From assembly GCF_000195755.1 (NCBI RefSeq), contig NC_002937.3, positions 2,040,001 to 2,072,000 on the forward strand: DNA of 32,000 nucleotides, given 5' to 3'. Position 1 is the stretch's first letter. Each line of letters opens with the position of its first letter. The notes below the pieces were generated by a model. It saw only the letters and a program-made list of their open reading frames with translations. It did not search any database and had not been told where the DNA came from. This DNA is from Nitratidesulfovibrio vulgaris str. Hildenborough. GTDB taxonomy: Bacteria; Desulfobacterota; Desulfovibrionia; Desulfovibrionales; Desulfovibrionaceae. The position numbers and the translations under genes were made by a program. This document shows, one piece after another, positions 1 through 6,998 of the stretch.

Positions 1-713
1 AACTCCGTGAACGCCCCGACCATGGCCTCGTACTGGCGCACGCTGGAGACGGCAGAATCGAGGGCTGTACCGAACCGTGCCCGCAGTGCCGACTGCTGCA
101 AGGGTTCTACACCCTTACGCACCTTGTCCAGATACTCGCGCACCCGCATCAGGTCATCGGGCTTGCCCCGCCACAGATAGTACAGGATATGGACACGGGA
201 GAGCAGGAACAACTTCTGCATCTCCTGCACCCGGTCGGCCACGTCGGTGGCACTTGCGGCCATCGAGGCCTCGAACAGCGCATCGAACGCGTCCGTAACC
301 TGACTGGCAGCGGCGATTGCCTGTTGCAACGTCTTGTCCCGCTCGACACCCACGCTTTGGAGTTCCCGGAACAGCAGCTGATATTCTGAACTCTTCTGCG
401 CTATCGCCTGAAGGTCACCGCCTTCCTGTCCCCCCAGAGTGCCGCGAATCCGCTCCACAGAAGCGAGAATCCGCTTCACCTTGGCATCGACTTCACCGGC
501 GCTCTCTTCATGCCCGTTGAGCAGATAGTAGAGGACGTCGATACGCGCCCGTTCGGAAGTCGTGACCATGTCACCAACCACGCGCGCGGTCTCCATCTCG
601 CCGATGAGCTTGTGCTGTGTCCGCCAGCCCATGGTGGCGACTACGGCGCCCAGCAAAAGCAACGCGGTGAAGGCCATAAGCAACCGTGTTGCCAGCGAAT
701 AGTTTCTGAACAT
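1..713 (-). CDS. Membrane sensor protein, N-terminal part only (TM helix plus periplasmic helical-bundle sensing domain; methyl-accepting chemotaxis protein or sensor kinase). The rest lies left of the window
   Basis: Absent from the ORF track because it runs off the left edge. The reverse complement from ATG 713-711 reads MFRNYSLATRLLMAFTALLLLGAVVATMGWRTQHKLIGEMETARVVGDM... and stays open for 237 codons to base 1. Third codon positions are GC-rich and GAAAGG lies about 8 nt upstream of the ATG. One hydrophobic TM segment is followed by long helical sequence like the N-terminus of the MCP at 9015-10763. Confidence 0.7.
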   Translation of the reverse strand, partial: MFRNYSLATRLLMAFTALLLLGAVVATMGWRTQHKLIGEMETARVVGDMVTTSERARIDVLYYLLNGHEESAGEVDAKVKRILASVERIRGTLGGQEGGDLQAIAQKSSEYQLLFRELQSVGVERDKTLQQAIAAASQVTDAFDALFEASMAASATDVADRVQEMQKLFLLSRVHILYYLWRGKPDDLMRVREYLDKVRKGVEPLQQSALRARFGTALDSAVSSVRQYEAMVGAFTE

Positions 714-1358
714 AGTACAACCTTTCTGTCAGTCCTGCGGAGATGATACCGAGGGCGTCATGATACGCCCGGTCTGCCACAGTCGCATGAAGTTTCCATT
801 GCATCCGGATGCCTGTTCGGCATGGCGGCAAAAAATGCAGGGGGAGGTCCGTAATCCATGAAGGAAGACAAGACAGCCACAAGCCCCTGCGACACGAGGC
901 ACCCCCCTCCGTTCTGTTGTGGCTGGCGACCACGAGGGTTGGCGCGGAACGTCGCCCCGCACCTGCGCCATGTCAGTAACCGGACAGGGCAATAGTATGA
1001 CGCACGATGACAAGCAAGAGGCAGGCCAAACCCCTGCACGATTTAATGGAACAGCCCCATGAGAAAACGAGAAACGTCCTCCGCCCCCTCCCGGCCCTAA
1101 GAGACCTACCGGAGGATGGGCAGGGGCGGGCACGTGGACGCTATCAGCGACGAGTGAGAAAGGAGTCCATGGAGAGACGATGCTGGCACTCCTGCGGCAA
1201 ACGACCGGGAACAACGCAACGCGTCACGTGATTCCGGGCGGCCTGGACACCTATGCTGTCATCGGGAAGGGCTTTTGCCATGACCCAGTGTCCACCCGCT
1301 ATGAGGGCGGATTTCTGCATCAGCGGCGTCGGTCCTCAACCCGGCTTGAAGTTGCAAT

Positions 1359-1383
1359 GAAAAAACGCCCCCGGTGGGGGCGT
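1359..1383 (-). terminator. Rho-independent terminator of the Rrf2 gene at 1408-1920
   Basis: On the minus strand ACGCCCCC-acc-GGGGGCGT is followed by TTTTTTCATT, 25 nt downstream of the stop codon. Confidence 0.75.
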
Positions 1384-1407
1384 CTGAAGCGACAAGGCGA
1401 TGCGCGG

Positions 1408-1920
1408 TCAAATCTCGTAGGAAAGGTCTGAGCGTTCCCGTTTGGTGTTGCGTCCGACCACATCAGCCAGCCCTGTGCGGGCGAGTGAACGACACGCGCG
1501 CTCGTCATGCGTCACCTCACCTGACATCAGGGCAGTGAGCGACGTTTCATCAAGAGCGGCTTCCAGAGCCTGAGAGGCCTTGATCCACGCACTACGGGTA
1601 AGGCAATCGGATTTCCGGGAACAGGCGTTGGGCTCACCGGTACAGCAGACTGTCAGCTGAATGCCCCCTTCCATCAGGCGAACGATGTCGCCGAGAGAAA
1701 TGTCGTCCGGTTTTCGGGCAAGCGTATGCCCCCCTGCTGCCCCCCGGGTGCTACGTGTGAGTCCCCCACGCTTCAGGGTCTTGAGAATCTGTTCGATGAA
1801 CTGAACAGTGACCCCTGTGCGTTCGGACAGGGATGTGGTGGTCATGGGTGCGCCTTCTCCGTGCATGGCGAGAGCAAGAAGAATACGCGCCGCGTAGCGA
1901 GTTTTGGCAGCAAGCTTCAT
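1408..1920 (-). CDS. Rrf2 family transcriptional regulator (Rrf2-A) with Cys cluster, probably Fe-S binding
   Basis: MKLAAKTRYAARILLALAMHG...TTTSLSERTGVTVQFIEQILKTLKRGGLTRSTRGAAGGHTLARKP is a typical Rrf2 winged helix-turn-helix. The Cys motif is CCTGEPNACSRKSDC. I moved the start from the track's 2001 to the ATG at 1920 because Rrf2 proteins begin MKL..K.RYA. Confidence 0.9.
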   Translation of the reverse strand: MKLAAKTRYAARILLALAMHGEGAPMTTTSLSERTGVTVQFIEQILKTLKRGGLTRSTRGAAGGHTLARKPDDISLGDIVRLMEGGIQLTVCCTGEPNACSRKSDCLTRSAWIKASQALEAALDETSLTALMSGEVTHDERACRSLARTGLADVVGRNTKRERSDLSYEI

Positions 1921-1972
1921 GACAACGTTCCGATGAGTGTTGGCAACGGTGGCCTCCCCAAAGCCTGCAGAC

Positions 1973-2001
1973 ATTGTGCTTTTCAATTCCTCCCTTGTCA
2001 A
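1973..2001 (-). promoter_or_regulatory. Candidate sigma70-type promoter of Rrf2-A
   Basis: The minus strand reads TTGACA (2001-1996), a 17-nt spacer, then CACAAT (1978-1973). The inverted repeat AATTCC (1985-1990) / GGAATT (2004-2009) brackets the -35. Motif reading only. Confidence 0.35.
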
Positions 2002-2396
2002 TAGGAATTAAAAAAATCAACGATTTCTTGAGCCCTTATTCACAAAAAGACGTTCTCTGCCTTCAGAACGCCACCTCTCTCCCCTGCATTTCCCTACGCC
2101 CTCAATCCCCGATGTCAGGCCGAGGCGTTGCACCTGTCGGGGGACGCCCACGGGTCTTTGACGTACACCGTCATGCCCTTCCCCCCCCCACGCAGGCATA
2201 GGCCACCTCACTCGCCCGGACAAGACAGGCAGACTGCGTTTCTCGTTCAAAAAATCACAAACGCAACGTCCACGCGGACTTCTGGGCGACAGGCCGACAC
2301 ACACAGCTCAAGCACTCGAATTGATAAAACAAATAAAACAGCGACTTGCAAGAACAGTCTGCACAGGTGCGTTTTGAAACACGCGGACGGTTCAGC

Positions 2397-2425
2397 TTGA
2401 CACAAAATCCGGATTACTCTAATTC
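2397..2425 (+). promoter_or_regulatory. Candidate sigma70-type promoter of the Rrf2-B / flavoprotein operon
   Basis: Perfect TTGACA at 2397-2402. The -10 is either TCTAAT (2418-2423, 15-nt spacer) or TAATTC (2420-2425, 17-nt spacer). The spacer contains the perfect 10-bp palindrome AATCCGGATT (2405-2414). Confidence 0.45.
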
Positions 2426-2435
2426 AGACCAACTC

Positions 2436-2450
2436 AATCTGATACAGATT
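2436..2450. promoter_or_regulatory. Operator-like perfect palindrome AATCTG-ATA-CAGATT just downstream of the candidate -10
   Basis: 6-3-6 perfect inverted repeat in an AT-rich patch 76-90 nt upstream of the Rrf2-B ATG. Position is right for autorepression by an Rrf2 dimer. Binding is inferred, not shown. Confidence 0.4.
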
Positions 2451-2525
2451 AATTAAGATTGAAAAGCCATCATATGCCCCCGACATCGCAAGGAAGCGAT
2501 TCGGGGCAGGCAGTAGGAGGCCTCC

Positions 2526-3047
2526 ATGCGGATTTCCTCGACAGTCCACTATGCCTCTCGACTTCTCGTCAATCTCGCGCAGCACACGCCTGCCGCGGGC
2601 CCCGTGTCTGCCTCCGAGCTTGCAGACCGCACTGGCATCTCCGTGAAATTCATCGAAAAGATCATTCGCCAACTCCGTACGGCGGGGATGGTGCGTAGCG
2701 TACGAGGAGCAACGGGAGGGCATCTGCTTTCCATGCGCCCCGAGGACGTCACACTTGGAGATGTCCTGCGTGTGGTCGAAGGCGGTGTCCAGCCTCCCAA
2801 CTGCTGCGTCGGCGACGACTGCGAAGACACCCCCTGCCGCTGCAAGACCGCATGGATATCCGCCGCCAAGGCTCTTGAAGCCACGCTCGACCAGTACACG
2901 CTGGCTGACATCATGAGCACCCAGCCCACCGCGAACGAACGCTCGACCAAGCGGCCTGCCGCCCGGATGAGCAACCCCCAATACGACAGGACGACACCCG
3001 GAACACCATACGCGCATGGTCGCTCCTGCGCACACCAAAGCCAATAG
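2526..3047 (+). CDS. Rrf2 family transcriptional regulator (Rrf2-B) with Cys cluster
   Basis: AGGAGG lies 5 nt upstream of the ATG. MRISSTVHYASRLLVNLAQH...SASELADRTGISVKFIEKIIRQLRTAGMVRSVRGATGGHLLSMRP. Cys motif CCVGDDCEDTPCRC. The C-terminal tail looks disordered. Confidence 0.9.
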   Translation: MRISSTVHYASRLLVNLAQHTPAAGPVSASELADRTGISVKFIEKIIRQLRTAGMVRSVRGATGGHLLSMRPEDVTLGDVLRVVEGGVQPPNCCVGDDCEDTPCRCKTAWISAAKALEATLDQYTLADIMSTQPTANERSTKRPAARMSNPQYDRTTPGTPYAHGRSCAHQSQ

Positions 3048-3062
3048 TCAAGGAGACCTGGC

Positions 3063-4304
3063 ATGAAGAAGCTGCTCATTCTCGGGGCCGGTGCCGGCGG
3101 CACCATGGTCGCGACAAAGATGAGAAAAAAGCTCGATGAACGCGAGTGGGAAATCACCGTCATCGACCGCGACCTCAAGCACCACTATCAGGCCGGTTGG
3201 CTGTTCATTCCGTTCGGCATCTACAGCCTCGACGACTGCATCAAGCCCAAGAAGGATTTCATGCCCCGCGGCGTGAAGTTCGTGCAGGACACCATCGTCA
3301 ACGTCGACCCCGAAGCCAAGGTGGTCAAGACCGAAAACGGTTCCTACGACTACGACTGGCTTGTGGTGGGCACGGGCTGCCGCATCGCACCTGAAGAAGT
3401 GGACGGTCTTCTCGACGACTGGCGTGGCAACATCCACGACTTCTACTCCCCCGACGGCGCAGTGGCCCTTCGCAAGAAGATGCTGCACATGAAGGAAGGC
3501 CGCCTCGTCCACCACATCTGCGAGACCCCCATCAAGTGCCCGGTGGCCCCGCTCGAATTCGTGTACATGGCCGACTGGTACTTCACCAAGATGGGTGTGC
3601 GCCAGAACATCGAAATCGAACTGGTGACGCCCCTCACCGGCGCATTCACCAAGCCCGTTGCGGCGAAGATTCTCGGTGACCTGTGCGACTCGAAGAACAT
3701 CAAGGTCACGCCCAACTTCGTGGTGGACAGCGTCGACCCGGGCAGCAAGACCATCAACTCCGTCACCGGCGACGAAGTACCCTACGACCTTCTGGTCTCC
3801 ATTCCGCCGAACATGGGGCAGGAATTCCTCATCGAAAGCGACATAGCCGACCCCATGGGCTACATGGACACCGACAAGCAGACGCTCAAGTCCAAGAAGT
3901 ACGAGAACATCTACGTCATCGGCGACACCACGAACGTGCCGACCTCCAAGGCCGGTTCAGTGGCCCACTATGAGGCCGACATCATCGCCGAGAACCTTCT
4001 CGCCGACATCGAAGGCACAGGGCACTACCACCACTTCGACGGTCACTCCACCTGCTTCATCCTCACCGGTTACGAGAAGGCCTCGCTCATCGACTTCAGC
4101 TACGAGGTCGAACCGCTGCCCGGCATGTTCCCCTTCCCCGGCCTCGGCCCGTGCGAGTTGCTCGGCGAAAGCCACATGAACTACTGGGGCAAGCTCATGT
4201 TCAAGTGGGTCTACTTCAACCTTATGCTCAAGGGCCACGAACTGCCGTTCGAACCGAACCTGTACCTGCACGGCAAGGACACCTCGCTGCTCAGGAAGAA
4301 GTAG
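3063..4304 (+). CDS. FAD-dependent pyridine nucleotide-disulfide oxidoreductase, sulfide:quinone oxidoreductase (SQR)-like
   Basis: AAGGAG RBS, with only 15 nt after the Rrf2-B stop. N-terminal dinucleotide fold KKLLILGAGAGGTMVA. PIKCPVAP and HSTCF cysteines sit where SQR-type enzymes carry redox cysteines (alignment from memory). A second GDT..VPTSKAG motif lies near the C-terminus. Confidence 0.88.
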   Translation: MKKLLILGAGAGGTMVATKMRKKLDEREWEITVIDRDLKHHYQAGWLFIPFGIYSLDDCIKPKKDFMPRGVKFVQDTIVNVDPEAKVVKTENGSYDYDWLVVGTGCRIAPEEVDGLLDDWRGNIHDFYSPDGAVALRKKMLHMKEGRLVHHICETPIKCPVAPLEFVYMADWYFTKMGVRQNIEIELVTPLTGAFTKPVAAKILGDLCDSKNIKVTPNFVVDSVDPGSKTINSVTGDEVPYDLLVSIPPNMGQEFLIESDIADPMGYMDTDKQTLKSKKYENIYVIGDTTNVPTSKAGSVAHYEADIIAENLLADIEGTGHYHHFDGHSTCFILTGYEKASLIDFSYEVEPLPGMFPFPGLGPCELLGESHMNYWGKLMFKWVYFNLMLKGHELPFEPNLYLHGKDTSLLRKK

Positions 4305-4317
4305 GCCGGAGGAAGAA

Positions 4318-5013
4318 ATGACCAACGAAGAACGTATACTCGAACGCCTTGAGCGCATGGAAGAGCAGATTGCCTTCCTGCATGAACGCGCACAGGGCAC
4401 GAAGGAACTCATACAGGACCTTACCCCCATCTCGAACCATGCCTTCAGGCTGATGGTGTCGGAACTGCAGGACGTGCACGGGCATGTGCATCTCGACGAC
4501 GTGTTCGAGTTGCTGCGCCGTGGACTGCGAGGGGTGCCGAATCTCAACTACTGCCTCGACCAGCTTGAGAACCTCATCGACCTGTGGCGTACCATCCATC
4601 CCGCCATCGCTCCCACGTGGCCGCACATCATCGCCACCATGGGTGAATGGCATCGGGACGGGGTATTCGACAAGCTTGGGGCCCTCAAGGGCGTGGGCGG
4701 CAAGATGCTCGACACCACGACCCCCGACGACATCGCGCGCCTTGGCGAGTCGCTGGTGTTCCTGCTGGCCCTGCTGCAGAAGCTGGCAGACCCGAAGGTG
4801 CAGACGTTCCTCATGCGGGCTGTCGACATGCTGGGTGCTGTCGACCTCGACAACGCCAAGCCCGTCGGCATGTTCGGCATGGTCGGCGCGATGGGTGCGA
4901 AGGAGACCAAGGAAGGCCTTGGTGTCGCACTCGAGGTGCTCAAGGCCCTTGGCAAGCTCAGGGGTGACGGCACCCCCGCCGCCTGCGGCTGTTGCTGCTC
5001 CTCCAAAGGATAG
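4318..5013 (+). CDS. DUF1641-like helical protein with cysteine-rich C-terminal tail
   Basis: GGAGGA RBS, 13 nt after the flavoprotein stop. The protein is helical and ends ...GDGTPAACGCCCSSKG. The family call rests on my recollection that DUF1641 proteins sit next to SQR/NDH-2-like flavoproteins and needs an HMM check. Confidence 0.75.
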   Translation: MTNEERILERLERMEEQIAFLHERAQGTKELIQDLTPISNHAFRLMVSELQDVHGHVHLDDVFELLRRGLRGVPNLNYCLDQLENLIDLWRTIHPAIAPTWPHIIATMGEWHRDGVFDKLGALKGVGGKMLDTTTPDDIARLGESLVFLLALLQKLADPKVQTFLMRAVDMLGAVDLDNAKPVGMFGMVGAMGAKETKEGLGVALEVLKALGKLRGDGTPAACGCCCSSKG

Positions 5014-5023
5014 CATGATGCAT

Positions 5024-5060
5024 GGCCCCGCCACCCGTTGAGGGTGCGGGGCCTTTTCTT
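5024..5060 (+). terminator. Rho-independent terminator after the DUF1641-like gene
   Basis: GGCCCCGCCACCC-gttga-GGGTGCGGGGCC (one bulge) followed by TTTTCTT. Confidence 0.7.
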
Positions 5061-5084
5061 CAACTCCTCCGCTTGCGAGGCACC

Positions 5085-5429
5085 ATGAACAGACAGCACA
5101 TCCTGCTCGTGGATAAGGACCCGGAAGTACGCGCCCTGCTGTCGCAGATGCTCGCCGAAGCCGGTTACAGCGTAAGTACCGCCCACGATGCTCTTTCCGC
5201 ACTCGACACCGCTCGAAAAAGCCGCCCCGACTGCATCTCGCTGGACATGGACCTCCCCACGCCCGGCGGAACAATCCTCTATGCGCGACTGCGCCGCGAC
5301 GAAACATTGCGGCACACTCCTGTCGTCGTGCATAATGGGTGCGCGAGACTCCCCAACAGTGTTCCCACCATCGCCCGGGCCTGCTGCCCCGCTTCGCTGC
5401 TTGAAACCGTAACCCGCATCCTCACCTAG
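5085..5429 (+). CDS. Stand-alone response-regulator receiver domain (CheY-like), atypical
   Basis: MNRQHILLVDKDPEVRALLSQMLAEAGYSVSTAHDALSALDTARKSRPDCISLDMDLPTPGG shows the acidic pocket and the phospho-acceptor Asp context. Start moved from 5022 to the ATG at 5085 (canonical M...ILLVDD-type N-terminus). The C-terminal part is degenerate (see findings). Confidence 0.75.
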   Translation: MNRQHILLVDKDPEVRALLSQMLAEAGYSVSTAHDALSALDTARKSRPDCISLDMDLPTPGGTILYARLRRDETLRHTPVVVHNGCARLPNSVPTIARACCPASLLETVTRILT

Positions 5430-5446
5430 ACATCTTTCACGCACTC

Positions 5447-5499
5447 CGGATGGGCCGTCCGCTTCGCTGCCCGCAACACCCGCATGGACGGCCCATCCG
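5447..5499 (+). terminator. Long-loop hairpin, possible terminator of the receiver gene
   Basis: 14-bp inverted repeat CGGATGGGCCGTCC / GGACGGCCCATCCG with a 25-nt loop, followed by TCTTATCC. It begins 18 nt after the stop. The U-tract is weak. Confidence 0.35.
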
Positions 5500-5814
5500 T
5501 CTTATCCGGCAGAGTCCGGCCTTTCCCATACGTAGCGCAGATGACGCGCCCAGCAAGACTGCCATGTCAGAGGTCCGCCCTGCCCACGCAGTGACATGAC
5601 ACGCACATTGCTCAACAGCCCCTCGTTCACCCGGTCTGCATGCGCGGCCATGGGCCCCTCCGAAAACTGGCAAACGGACGTGACGAGACTTCAGACTGTT
5701 CGCGCCTCGCACGGCACCACATGCCAAGCGTTATGTCCACGCCGCAAGTCGTCTCTGTTTACCCCTGCAGCCCCTGTGCCTGTTGCCGCAAGAAAGCCCT
5801 ACAGTGAACACGAA

Positions 5815-5836
5815 GGGCCACGGTCACCCGTGGCCC
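5815..5836 (-). terminator. Hairpin downstream of the Sel1-repeat gene
   Basis: GGGCCACGG-tcac-CCGTGGCCC, 58 nt past the stop at 5894. On the minus strand it is followed by TTCGTGTTCAC, a moderate T tail. Confidence 0.4.
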
Positions 5837-5893
5837 TCATGCGCCCGCCTTCTTGCAGGCATTCAGCAGCGGCACCGTGCCGCAGTATCGTTG

Positions 5894-6592
5894 CTAGCAG
5901 ACTGGTGCGAGATACTGGCGCCGCCAACGGGCCGCCAGCTGCATCGCGCGGGTGCGTCCCGCATCATCAAGCTTGCCCTCGGCATTGACGCGCTCGGATT
6001 CGGCCTTCGCGAAACCACAGGATGCGGCTAGCGAGAACCACATGAACGCCCGTTCTGCATTGGCTGCAACGCCCTTTCCGTCCCTGCACAGCACGCCGAG
6101 AAGATACATCGCCTTGCCACTGCCGAGGGTGGCGGCGCTGGTCAGAAGCTCACGTCCCGTTCGCAGCGAATCGGCATCGCCCTGTCCGATGAACGCCTCC
6201 CCAACTGTGCAACGCGCCTCGGCCGTCTCGGGGCGCAATGCCTTGAGGAATGCACGCTTGCTGGAGACGAGTTCCATACCGAAAGCCTTGTCGCGGAAGT
6301 CGTTGACCATGTCGTCGTACACGGGTTCGCAGTTGAAACCGCATCTGTCGGCGCGCCTGAACAGGCTCGCGGCACGTGCGAAGTCCTGCTTCACGCCCTC
6401 GCCACGCGCAACGCGGACAGCGTAGAGGTTGAGTGCCTCGTGATGTTCAGACGCCACAGCCCTCTCCAGCCATTCCAGAGCCTTGGCTTCATTCCGGGGT
6501 ACGCCACGACCTTCGTCATAGATCATTGCAAGATTGAACTGGGCACTGGGTTCGCCCGACTCTGCCGAAAGAAACATATCCTGAAGTTGCAT
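5894..6592 (-). CDS. Sel1-like (SLR/TPR-type) repeat protein
   Basis: Repeated A..W...AA..G...A...LG..Y..G.GV..... units, for example SAQFNLAMIYDEGRGVPRNEAKALEWLERA and GKAMYLLGVLCRDGKGVAANAERAFMWFSLAA. No signal peptide. Confidence 0.85.
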   Translation of the reverse strand: MQLQDMFLSAESGEPSAQFNLAMIYDEGRGVPRNEAKALEWLERAVASEHHEALNLYAVRVARGEGVKQDFARAASLFRRADRCGFNCEPVYDDMVNDFRDKAFGMELVSSKRAFLKALRPETAEARCTVGEAFIGQGDADSLRTGRELLTSAATLGSGKAMYLLGVLCRDGKGVAANAERAFMWFSLAASCGFAKAESERVNAEGKLDDAGRTRAMQLAARWRRQYLAPVC

Positions 6593-6998
6593 CGACCTAC
6601 CCGCCTATGATTGAGGTTGGGAAATCCTCCACTTACCGACCCCTCGCCGTGTGGCACCGCGAGTTCCGCCGTGGGCAGCATCGGCGGTCGAAGAGGACAT
6701 GCGTGGCTGCCCGCGCGGCATGTCCTACCTCGATGGTATGGATTATTTCCTACCTTCAAGGTGTGATATTGTCAATGTAGCCGGAGCTAATTCTTCAAGA
6801 TTCCGTCAATCCAGATACAAATGCCAGCATAACATACCAAAAGAATGATAAAAACGCTGACGAATCACACAGGACATAGACGTCGTCACACCCGGGCCAT
6901 ACATGTCGCATGCTTCTGAAAAATGATATAACCCTACATGGAAACATCCACGTCGGGCGAACAGGGTCGCCCGCACTCCCCATACCCCAGGAGGCTCC

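Noticed and set aside
1097-1112. CTAAGAGACCTACCGG resembles the B12 box of cobalamin riboswitches
   Set aside because: The other conserved riboswitch cores (the GGGAA...GGTG...AATCC type) are not visible on either strand nearby. No downstream gene on that strand could be regulated.
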